In this document: in pieces, positions 1-8,376 of the stretch
Layout: each line of letters starts with the position of its first letter
Numbering within the stretch: the stretch's first letter is position 1
From: an uncultured bacterium
Lineage (GTDB): Bacteria; Planctomycetota; Phycisphaerae; Sedimentisphaerales; Anaerobacaceae
Reading direction: 5' to 3'
DNA: 64,000 nt
NCBI GenBank assembly: GCA_965372745.1
Contig: CBDVDM010000001.1
Coordinates: forward strand, 52,330-116,329
Program-made: the position numbers and the translations under genes
Notes under the pieces: model-generated
What the model saw: only the letters and a program-made list of their open reading frames with translations
What the model was told of the DNA's origin: nothing
The model's database searches: none

Positions 1-1
1 G

Positions 2-553
2 TTTTTCGTCGACATCGGCAGCTGCTCTACTACTGTTGTTTTTGGGCAGGGTGGAAAAATCTGCTTCGTAAAACAGCTTCCAATCGGTGGTAATAAATTC
101 AATAAGCAAATCGCTGAAAAATTAAGCATCAATATGAAAGAAGCTGAAAATTTAAGAGAAACTCTCAAAAAGGAAAAACTTGTAAACTTCAAAGCAGATT
201 CCCGTCTTCCTGAGCCTGGCTCGAACCTTAAAAGCTCCATTGATGCTTCTGCCAGACAGATAATTGTTGACTCGATAAGCGCCGTCTCTGAGGAACTGGC
301 AAAGGAAATTGCAATGTGTTTGAGATATTATGTTGTTACCTTCAGGGGTAAAAGCGTCGAAAGTGTCGTGCTCTCCGGAGGTGAAGCTTATGAAAGTATA
401 CTGCACAATGTTTTAAAGCGTCAGCTGCAGATTGAAATTAATGTTGCTCAGCCGTTCGAAGGATTCGATGTTGCGAATGTGGATTTGGATTGTAGCGAGC
501 ATGGGCACCTTTGTGAATGGGCTATTGCCGTAGGACTTGCCTTAAAAAGCTGA
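2..553 (+). CDS. pilM: type IV pilus assembly protein PilM, C-terminal part (5' end outside window)
   Basis: The frame stays open from base 2 (FFVDIGSCSTTVVFGQGGKICFVKQLPIGGNKF...), upstream of the tracked ATG at 134. It has actin/FtsA-like DIG and GG motifs. pilN/pilO-like and secretin genes follow directly. Confidence 0.8.
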   Translation, partial: FFVDIGSCSTTVVFGQGGKICFVKQLPIGGNKFNKQIAEKLSINMKEAENLRETLKKEKLVNFKADSRLPEPGSNLKSSIDASARQIIVDSISAVSEELAKEIAMCLRYYVVTFRGKSVESVVLSGGEAYESILHNVLKRQLQIEINVAQPFEGFDVANVDLDCSEHGHLCEWAIAVGLALKS

Positions 554-583
554 AGCTTGTGAAAAATATAGAAATGTAGCGAC

Positions 584-1315
584 ATGAAAGAAATTGATTT
601 TATTCCGGATTGGTATAAGCGTAAAAGAGACATGCAGCATTCGTATCTCAGACAATATGCTGCTTTAGGGTGTCTGTTTGCAATTATGATGACCTGGAAC
701 TTTATCACTGCTGCTTCAATCTCAAGAGCCACTGCTCAGGTTACTCAGATATCACAACAATGCCAGGAGGCAAGAAACTATACTAACCAGTTCGCGATAA
801 TTAAAAACCAGATGGCAAAATCAAAAGAAAGGACGGAAATCCTCGATGAAATCGACTCTAAAATTGATGTCGCAGATATCCTGGCTGAACTTAGCTATCT
901 GATAAAAGAAAATGTAATAGTTAATAGTTTCGATTTAAGCGCTGAAAGGCTTGCACTCGAACATACTGACATTTCCAATAAAGGCTTGGCCATAAGAGCT
1001 GCTAAAAGTCGGATTCTGAATTCTTCAAGACCTGTAACCGGTGATGTCAGGTTTAAACTCGTCCTCAAAGGCTTAGCTGTCGATGCCAGTGATGTCGCTG
1101 AGTTGGTATGTGCCCTGGAAAAGTCGCCGTATTTTTTCCAGGTTATACTTGCTTATTCCAGAAATAAAACAATGCGCGCAAAAGGAGAACTAAGGCGATG
1201 GCTCCTGGCCGTCAATAACAATATCACCTGTCCGGGAAAGGGATACCATGTAAGTGAATTTGAGCTGACTTGCTATATAGCAAATTATCGGCAACGGGAT
1301 ACGTTTATAAAATAA
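584..1315 (+). CDS. pilN: PilN-like pilus assembly protein
   Basis: The N-terminus (IDFIPDWYKRK) plus a single TM helix is typical of PilN. It sits between pilM and pilO-like. At 243 aa it is longer than the usual PilN. Confidence 0.6.
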   Translation: MKEIDFIPDWYKRKRDMQHSYLRQYAALGCLFAIMMTWNFITAASISRATAQVTQISQQCQEARNYTNQFAIIKNQMAKSKERTEILDEIDSKIDVADILAELSYLIKENVIVNSFDLSAERLALEHTDISNKGLAIRAAKSRILNSSRPVTGDVRFKLVLKGLAVDASDVAELVCALEKSPYFFQVILAYSRNKTMRAKGELRRWLLAVNNNITCPGKGYHVSEFELTCYIANYRQRDTFIK

Positions 1316-1440
1316 TAGGATAAATACGAAATAATACCCTTTAGGGTAATAAATTATGCTTTTAGTTTTTATAAGTAACAGTCAACAAGCAACTTATCTA
1401 TTGATAAGGCGCAATTATTAACCGTAATTGGCATAAGCTT

Positions 1441-1989
1441 ATGGGATTTTTAAAAGAAAAACGACAAATAGCGATTTTTGTAATGGTTGCTTTAATGGCT
1501 GCTGCATTCTTCCTGTTCAAGTATCTGCCTTTGCGCGAAAGACTATCAAATGTAAAGCAGGCTTTGGCTGAACAAAAACTTGCTATTATGAAATCGCAGA
1601 TAGAAGAGCAGCAGTTGCCGAAAGTACAGATACTGCTTGACGACCTGCAAAACCAGGTCGAAAAATTTGACTCTCAAATACCTGGTAACAGAGACCTGGG
1701 CATTTTCTTACAGCAAGTGACAAAACTTATGAATGACCATGGACTTAAGGAACAGTACATTCAGCCTGCTGCTGAAATTAAAACAACAACCCTTAACTGC
1801 ATTCCAATTAATATGCAGTGCAAAGGAACTTTACAGCAATTATTTGATTTTTATAAGGCTTTCCAGAATGCTGACAGATTGGTCAGAATAGAGAGGGTTA
1901 GTTTTGATAATGATATCAACTACAGTGGAAAGCTGCAAATGAAAGCCAAAGCAATTATTTACTATTTGAATCAGCAGAACAAAGGATAA
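1441..1989 (+). CDS. pilO: PilO-like pilus assembly protein
   Basis: It has an N-terminal TM anchor, a coiled-coil segment and then an alpha/beta C-domain. The call rests on architecture and position in the pilMNO-secretin order. Confidence 0.6.
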   Translation: MGFLKEKRQIAIFVMVALMAAAFFLFKYLPLRERLSNVKQALAEQKLAIMKSQIEEQQLPKVQILLDDLQNQVEKFDSQIPGNRDLGIFLQQVTKLMNDHGLKEQYIQPAAEIKTTTLNCIPINMQCKGTLQQLFDFYKAFQNADRLVRIERVSFDNDINYSGKLQMKAKAIIYYLNQQNKG

Positions 1990-1995
1990 AAAAAC

Positions 1996-2568
1996 ATGAA
2001 ACGGGAAGATGATAGTAAAAACGGGATTATCAATGACATTCTTGGACGATTGGCAGTTGAAAAGAAAAAGGCTGTTACAATCTCATGTTTGTTTTTAGTG
2101 ATGGTCTTTATGTGGGTCAGGGCTTTTATCGGAAAGAGCCCTGCTGACGCACAGGCTGTAAGCAGCTCTGCTGGAATAACGGATAAACAGCAGAATCCCG
2201 AGGCAAACGTTGAGTTTATTGAACTGCCTCATATTAAGGGAAGAAACGATGTTCTTACCAGAGACTTTTTCGCCGATAATCAGCGAAAAACAGATAGACA
2301 GAATAATCTCGGCTTTTCCGGAAGCACCGATGCGCACATCAGTTGGATTATTAAAAATCTGAAGCTCGAAGCAATTGGATTGGGTAAAAAGCCCCAGGCT
2401 TTTATCAACGGCAGGGTCTTCTCGATAGGGGATGAACTGGTACTTAAAGATGGCGATGATTCTTACGTCTGTGAAGTGATTGAGATTGAACAGGAAAGAG
2501 TATTGATAAAATACGGGCAGAAAAAAGTGGAGTTGAAATTTACTGAAGAAATCGACGTAACTTATTAA
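1996..2568 (+). CDS. PilP/GspB-like periplasmic assembly protein
   Basis: It has a TM anchor and a C-terminal beta domain (AFINGRVFSIGDEL...VIEIEQERVLIKYGQKKVELK) resembling PilP/GspB-type domains. It lies immediately upstream of the secretin. Confidence 0.4.
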   Translation: MKREDDSKNGIINDILGRLAVEKKKAVTISCLFLVMVFMWVRAFIGKSPADAQAVSSSAGITDKQQNPEANVEFIELPHIKGRNDVLTRDFFADNQRKTDRQNNLGFSGSTDAHISWIIKNLKLEAIGLGKKPQAFINGRVFSIGDELVLKDGDDSYVCEVIEIEQERVLIKYGQKKVELKFTEEIDVTY

Positions 2569-2631
2569 CTGAAAATAAATACCAATTTTGTATGGTATGC
2601 AAAACATGATTTTAAAAACAGGAGCTAAATT

Positions 2632-4362
2632 ATGAATTACAAAGAAAAATTAATGACAAATGTGAAAACAAAAAAAACCGGTTATGTATTACGGTTGATA
2701 GTTTTCTGTATCGCAGCTATCGCACTTTGTGGAGGACAGCAGGGACCAACGCTCGCCTACGCTGAACCTGACAGCACGGCAGACAGCGAGAGTATCAAAA
2801 TAGACTACTCTCAGGACGAAATTATCCAGTCTATCTCTTTCAAAAAGGATGTTGGGATTAGAGATGCGCTAGCTTTCCTGGCGGCGAAGTATCAAAAAAA
2901 CATTGTTCCTTCCCCAAGCGTCGATGGGAAATTGGCCTTTACAAATCTTTACAACGTGAGTTTTGAAGAGGCGATGGACGCTATATTAGGAGTTGACTTT
3001 AGATACCAGCAAAAGGGTAATCTCATCAAGGTCTATACTACTGCCGAATTTGAAAAAGTCAAAAATGATGTAACAAGGATGACGTATAAGATCTTTATTT
3101 TGAAGTGCATTACTGCCGCCGAAGCGAGAAAGCTCATCCTGCCGCTTTTAAGTCCAAGTGGTAAAATCGAAGTTACTACTCCCGCCGCGACCGGTGTACC
3201 AATCGATGACGCACTCAGTTCAGAGTCTGGAGGCGGCGATTCTGTTGCAATGAGTGACACAATCATCGTTTATGATTATCCGGAGCGTCTTGCCGAAGTT
3301 GAAAAGGTCATAAATCTCGTTGATGTCAGGCCGCAACAAATCTTGGTAGAAGCCACTATTTTAAGTGCTAAACTGACTGAAGAAATGCAATTTGGTATCG
3401 ATTGGCAGAGTTTAAAAGGTACTATCGCTGCTCTAAGTGGAATCTCCAGCGGTACAGCGGATTTCATCTCTGCAGTTAGCACTTCCCAGGTCAGCAATAC
3501 CGGTGGACTTACTGCCGGATTTGCTTTTGGTGATGTTGGTGTTTTCCTTGAAGCTGTTGAAGAAATTACAGATGTTACAATTCTTGCAAATCCGAAGATT
3601 ATGGCCGTCAACAAACAGCTCGGACAGGTCTTTATCGGCAAGAAAATAGGCTATCGCGAGGGCGATACATTTGATACAGCCGGTAATCTTGTTGAAGGTG
3701 AAGTCAAGTTTCTTGAAACAGGTACAAAACTTTCATTCAGACCCTACATCATAGATGACAACTATATCCGAATGGATATTCATCCGAAAGATAGCTCTGG
3801 TGAGTTGGTATCGGGATTGCCTGAGGAAACTTCTGCTGAATTGGCTACTAATATTATGGTCAAAGATGGTCAGACTATTGTTATTGGTGGAATGTTCCGG
3901 GACAAAGTTACTACAGGAAGAACTCAGGTTCCTATTCTCGGAGACCTGCCTCTTATAGGCCCTTTGTTCACAGGTACTTCCGACACAGTTGAACGTCATG
4001 AGGTTATCGTCCTGCTTACACCTCACATCATCAAGGACCCGGTTGAAACCGGAGGCAGTGAACGCGCAGAAGATGTACAAAGAAAAAGGTTTGGTGCAAA
4101 AGATGGAGTAAATCTATTGTCACGTACAAGAGTTGCTGAAGACGGATATTCCTATGCTGTGAATCTCTATCTCGATGAGAAATATGAAGCTGCTTTGCTG
4201 CACCTTGACTATGTCCTCAAAGTAAGACCTACTTACCTTGAAGCTATTAGGCTTAAAGAGAAAATCATCAGCGAAACTTCTATCGATGGCGATACCAAAC
4301 CTGAAAGAAGCATTCTTGGCATCATCGACCGGGAATATTCGGACAACTGGCTTCGGAGATAA
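2632..4362 (+). CDS. pilQ: secretin (PilQ/GspD family) with C-terminal TPR-like tail
   Basis: An AGGAG RBS lies 7 nt upstream. It has an N-terminal signal/TM segment and STN/NolW-like N-domains. The secretin core motifs are present (ANPKIMAVNKQLGQVFIG, IMVKDGQTIVIGGMF, VPILGDLPLIG, VIVLLTPHII). Confidence 0.85.
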   Translation: MNYKEKLMTNVKTKKTGYVLRLIVFCIAAIALCGGQQGPTLAYAEPDSTADSESIKIDYSQDEIIQSISFKKDVGIRDALAFLAAKYQKNIVPSPSVDGKLAFTNLYNVSFEEAMDAILGVDFRYQQKGNLIKVYTTAEFEKVKNDVTRMTYKIFILKCITAAEARKLILPLLSPSGKIEVTTPAATGVPIDDALSSESGGGDSVAMSDTIIVYDYPERLAEVEKVINLVDVRPQQILVEATILSAKLTEEMQFGIDWQSLKGTIAALSGISSGTADFISAVSTSQVSNTGGLTAGFAFGDVGVFLEAVEEITDVTILANPKIMAVNKQLGQVFIGKKIGYREGDTFDTAGNLVEGEVKFLETGTKLSFRPYIIDDNYIRMDIHPKDSSGELVSGLPEETSAELATNIMVKDGQTIVIGGMFRDKVTTGRTQVPILGDLPLIGPLFTGTSDTVERHEVIVLLTPHIIKDPVETGGSERAEDVQRKRFGAKDGVNLLSRTRVAEDGYSYAVNLYLDEKYEAALLHLDYVLKVRPTYLEAIRLKEKIISETSIDGDTKPERSILGIIDREYSDNWLRR

Positions 4363-4431
4363 AGGGGAAATACATATAGCTGAATATTTGTTGTTAAAAA
4401 AATTGGATTAGAAGTAGTTAAGGATATTTAA

Positions 4432-5934
4432 GTGGAAACGAGAAAAAGCTTACAATCAAAAACAACGCATGTACTGGCGTTTAGCTTATTCGCCATTGCC
4501 CTGGCTGCATGGTTATATTCAGGTTACGTCGATGATAAGCGCACCGTTATTTTAGGTTTGCATGTTGCAGCTGCCGCCGGTCTGGGCTGGATTGGATGGT
4601 ACTGTTTAAAGCTGTTTGACGTCTTCAGGAAGGCTGTAAAACTCATTAAGCAGGGAGAAGTTGCTAATCTAAAAAAATCCGGTAACTGTCTAACCGGTGA
4701 ACTGTTCCAGGCAATAAAAAATCGCATTTCTGTCTATCTTAATTACATTACTGAGCTTGAAAGACAGGTGCGCAACATGCAAATCAAGGTACGGCTTTTG
4801 CGAAGACTGAAACGGAATACAGATGCCGTTCTTTTACAAATCCCTGATGCCATGATTGTCATTGACGAGTTTAATAAACTTATTATGGCAAACCAGGCAG
4901 CTGAAAAGCTATTTAACTTTGACCTGAAAAGCTCAAAGTATAAACCGATTAACGAGGTAATAACTTTATCCTGTTTGGTTGAGCAGTCTTTTGGGGAGCA
5001 AAAGAAAAGTAACTTTGTGAATTTATTGTACCAAAGTAAACAAAACAGGTCCCACACAATCAAACATGAAATTGTTCTTATTGGTAAAGAGGATGAATGT
5101 GATAAGTCCTTCGATTGTTCTGTTTCGTGCATTTACGAGAACAACGGGAGACTTTGGGGCGTAGTCGCTATCCTCCATGATATTACCCGCAAAAAACAGA
5201 TAGACCGGTTGAAAGATGATTTTGTAGGCCATGTCTCGCATGAGTTAAAAACACCTCTCGCTTCTATTACTGCTTATTCCGAAATGTTAGCCGGCAGCGA
5301 TGTAAAAGATGAACAAACTAAAAACCGGTTCTACTCAGTTATTCAAAAACAGGCGAAAAAATTGAATCAGCTTATCGAGGACCTTTTGGATACTTCCCGG
5401 ATTGAATCTGGAATGATAAAAATTGAAAAACAGCACTTTAACTTACAAATGCTGATAACGGAACAGCTCCAGATGATAAAAGGTTATGCCGGGCGGAAGA
5501 AGATAAAAATTATCGAACCTGACAGTAAAAATGCCATCATATTCGGCCAGGTCTACGCCGACAGGAATATGATTGCGCAGGTTATCACTAATCTGCTGAC
5601 CAATGCTGTCAAGTATACTAAGCATGGAGGAGCGATAAAAATCGAAACAGATATTGACGAGGCGGAAAATCTCGCAAAAGTTACGGTTACCGATACAGGT
5701 ATAGGAATTAAAGAAGACCGTCTTATGCGCATCTTTGATAAATATTATAGGGCCGGCACTGATGAACATCAGGAAAAAGGTTTCGGCTTGGGGCTTAACC
5801 TTGTTAAACAAATTGTCGAAAAACTCCATGGTGGACGTGTCTTTGTCAGCAGTACGCCGGGGGTGGGTAGTACTTTCGGATTTGAGTTGCCTTTGGCCAA
5901 AACAGAGAAAGTCGTACAACCGCAGAGTTTATAG
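4432..5934 (+). CDS. membrane PAS sensor histidine kinase
   Basis: It starts at GTG and has two N-terminal TM segments and a PAS-like region. The H-box is FVGHVSHELKTPL. HATPase_c boxes are present (NLLTNAVKYT, DTGIGI, GFGLGL). Confidence 0.85.
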   Translation: METRKSLQSKTTHVLAFSLFAIALAAWLYSGYVDDKRTVILGLHVAAAAGLGWIGWYCLKLFDVFRKAVKLIKQGEVANLKKSGNCLTGELFQAIKNRISVYLNYITELERQVRNMQIKVRLLRRLKRNTDAVLLQIPDAMIVIDEFNKLIMANQAAEKLFNFDLKSSKYKPINEVITLSCLVEQSFGEQKKSNFVNLLYQSKQNRSHTIKHEIVLIGKEDECDKSFDCSVSCIYENNGRLWGVVAILHDITRKKQIDRLKDDFVGHVSHELKTPLASITAYSEMLAGSDVKDEQTKNRFYSVIQKQAKKLNQLIEDLLDTSRIESGMIKIEKQHFNLQMLITEQLQMIKGYAGRKKIKIIEPDSKNAIIFGQVYADRNMIAQVITNLLTNAVKYTKHGGAIKIETDIDEAENLAKVTVTDTGIGIKEDRLMRIFDKYYRAGTDEHQEKGFGLGLNLVKQIVEKLHGGRVFVSSTPGVGSTFGFELPLAKTEKVVQPQSL

Positions 5935-5952
5935 TTTTATGGAGGCTAAGTG

Positions 5953-6345
5953 ATGACAGGTAAAAAGAAAGTTTTAGTTGTGGATGATGAGATTCATATT
6001 GTGCATGTTGTGGCAATTAAACTGCGAAATAACGGATATGACGTCATATCTGCTGATAACGGTGGTGATGCATACAGAATCGCTTGTGAACAAAAACCGG
6101 ATATCATTGTCACCGATTTGCAGATGCCGAATATGACCGGCCTGGAGCTTATCCGGAAACTTGCAAAAAATGAAAGTACCAGGGATATTCCCGTCATCCT
6201 TTTAACTGCGAGAAACTTCTCTGATAAGAATCAGCAGGACGAGTTGAAAATAGCGCAATGTCTTACAAAACCATTTAGTCCGAGGGAATTATTAAAAAGT
6301 GTTCAGGGTATTTTGTATGAAAAGGTTTTGATACAGGATAGTTAA
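5953..6345 (+). CDS. stand-alone receiver (CheY-like) response regulator
   Basis: A GGAGG RBS lies 7 nt before the ATG at 5953; the tracked GTG at 5950 is less likely. REC motifs are present: VVDDE, VTDLQMP, LLTA, KPF. There is no output domain. Confidence 0.85.
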   Translation: MTGKKKVLVVDDEIHIVHVVAIKLRNNGYDVISADNGGDAYRIACEQKPDIIVTDLQMPNMTGLELIRKLAKNESTRDIPVILLTARNFSDKNQQDELKIAQCLTKPFSPRELLKSVQGILYEKVLIQDS

Positions 6346-6370
6346 GTATATCTGTGATTTAAGGATACCT

Positions 6371-7999
6371 ATGTTAGGTGTAAATAATGATAATTTAAGT
6401 GCGCTACAATTACAGTTGCTGGCAACTTTTGGAGCAAAAATAAACAAGCTCGGCGTCGGTTTTGCCGTCTGCAATTCCAATGGTGAGCTAATCTTGCTGA
6501 ATAATGCGGGTTCATTCGAAACCGACTCTCAATTGTTAACTTCTATTGCTCAGCAGCTTTTGAGGCAAAATCACTCACAAAATTATACAAATTCAGATAA
6601 CTGCGTTTATCCATTTGATATGGATAACTTTATCCTGGCTACCGTTCTAAACGCTGATGAACGATGCTGTGCTGTAGCCTTAATCGATACCGGTCAGAAA
6701 CAGCAGGAGTCTGGTATCTTATTTACTCAGCTACTTGAGTTCATGGCAGACAGCTTCACGGCACTGGCCAAATCAGAACAGCAGACCGAAATCGTATGCA
6801 ATGAGTTGTCGCATACTTATGAGGAACTGACGCTGCTTTACAGACTTAGCATGTGTATGAAAGTTACTCTTACTGACAGCAGCTATTTACAGATAGCTTG
6901 TGACAGCTTAACTGAAATTATTAATGTTGAGGGCATTGCTGTTCTCGTCGAAAAAACTTTGAACGGAGAAAAACAACTTGTCCTTGCTGCCGGTTCCGGC
7001 GTTATTGACATCGATGATGATATTGTTGCTGTTGTATATGATAGACTGCAAAACGAATTAGACACAGACAAAGAGGCTTTATTGGACAGCGATATTGATT
7101 CACCTTTTAAATATCAATGGCCAAAAAATATCAGAAATATCGTTGCTGTACCATTATACGGTAAGGAAAAAAGCAGGGCACATTTACCCGAAGAAACTCA
7201 TAATAAAAACTGCCTCATTGGGTTTATGGTTGCAGTGAACAGAATTGGAAAACCTGATTTCGACAGCCCTGACATGAAAATCTTTAACTCTGTTGCTAAC
7301 AGCTGTGCCATTTTTGTCGAAAACGGAAGATTGTTCAACGAGTTAAAGGCTTTATTCATCGGCTCGTTAAAGGCACTTACCAGCAGCATCGATGCAAAAG
7401 ACCAATATACCAGAGGTCACTCGGAAAGGGTCGCTTTCATTTCAAGATGGATTGCTGAAAAACAGGGCTATGATGATGACTTTGTTCATAAGATTTATTT
7501 AGCCGGCCTGCTCCATGATATCGGGAAAATCGGAATTAACGAAAATGTGCTTTGCAAAGATGGACAGCTCACTTCTTCCGAGGCTGATTATATGAAAATG
7601 CACCCTTCTATAGGAGCAAACATCTTAAAAGAAATTAAACAAATGGAGCAAATCGTTCCAGGCGTCCTGCACCACCACGAGCGTATCGACGGCAGTGGAT
7701 ATCCAGACGGACTCGTTGGTGACCGGATTCCTTTGATTGGGAAAATTATTGGGCTTGCTGACAGTTTCGACGCTATGACTTCAAAAAGAACTTACAGAGG
7801 TGCGATGACACCCGAACAGGCTTTAAAGGAAATTGAAAATGGTTTAGGAACTCAATTCGATGAAAAAATAGGACGTATCTTTATAGAAAGTGACGTATAC
7901 CATCTCTGGAACATGATGCAGAATGGTTTTACTCAGATTTGCGACACCGCTAATTTTGCAGATTATAGTACTGCGACTGTGGGAGCTCTTATAAGATGA
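6371..7999 (+). CDS. GAF-like / HD-GYP domain protein (probable c-di-GMP phosphodiesterase)
   Basis: The C-terminal HD-GYP signatures are HSERVA, LLHDIGKIG and HHHERIDGSGYPDGL. There is a central GAF-like region. I do not recognise the N-terminal ~150 aa. Confidence 0.8.
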   Translation: MLGVNNDNLSALQLQLLATFGAKINKLGVGFAVCNSNGELILLNNAGSFETDSQLLTSIAQQLLRQNHSQNYTNSDNCVYPFDMDNFILATVLNADERCCAVALIDTGQKQQESGILFTQLLEFMADSFTALAKSEQQTEIVCNELSHTYEELTLLYRLSMCMKVTLTDSSYLQIACDSLTEIINVEGIAVLVEKTLNGEKQLVLAAGSGVIDIDDDIVAVVYDRLQNELDTDKEALLDSDIDSPFKYQWPKNIRNIVAVPLYGKEKSRAHLPEETHNKNCLIGFMVAVNRIGKPDFDSPDMKIFNSVANSCAIFVENGRLFNELKALFIGSLKALTSSIDAKDQYTRGHSERVAFISRWIAEKQGYDDDFVHKIYLAGLLHDIGKIGINENVLCKDGQLTSSEADYMKMHPSIGANILKEIKQMEQIVPGVLHHHERIDGSGYPDGLVGDRIPLIGKIIGLADSFDAMTSKRTYRGAMTPEQALKEIENGLGTQFDEKIGRIFIESDVYHLWNMMQNGFTQICDTANFADYSTATVGALIR

Positions 8000-8331
8000 A
8001 AATTAAAACGCAGGATTATGACAATTTTACCGTTATACAGTTACATGGCGAATTTGACAGTGAGTTTACGGAAATATTTCAGAACAGCATCACTGAAGCG
8101 ATTGCAAAACATAATGATGGTGTTGCCCTCGATATGAGTAAAGTGACTTTTATCGATAGTGAAGGGCTTGAGCGATTGCTCTGGGCCAGAGATTATTGTA
8201 ATGAGAATAATTGTTTTCTCAAGTGCGTTAGTTTAGATGAAAACTGCAGGAAAATTCTGGAGATTACCCGGCTTGAAAGTGAGTTCGACTGTTATGATGA
8301 TATTAACATGGCAGTAAAAAGTATTACTTAG
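7996..8331 (+). CDS. STAS-domain protein (anti-sigma-factor antagonist family)
   Basis: It is 111 aa with a SpoIIAA-like pattern (VIQLHGEFD...VALDMSKVTFIDSEGLERLL). It overlaps the upstream gene by 4 nt (ATGA). Confidence 0.75.
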   Translation: MKIKTQDYDNFTVIQLHGEFDSEFTEIFQNSITEAIAKHNDGVALDMSKVTFIDSEGLERLLWARDYCNENNCFLKCVSLDENCRKILEITRLESEFDCYDDINMAVKSIT

Positions 8332-8376
8332 AAATAAGCGAATTTCATGTTAATGAAACTTCGGTAGAAGAATATT

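Noticed and set aside
1335-1348. TACCCT-TT-AGGGTA palindrome between pilN and pilO, similar to the TACCCTGAAGGGTA end of the 48.4/51.2-kb repeats.
   Set aside because: It is only a 6-bp arm match and a single occurrence in this context. That is too short to distinguish from chance.
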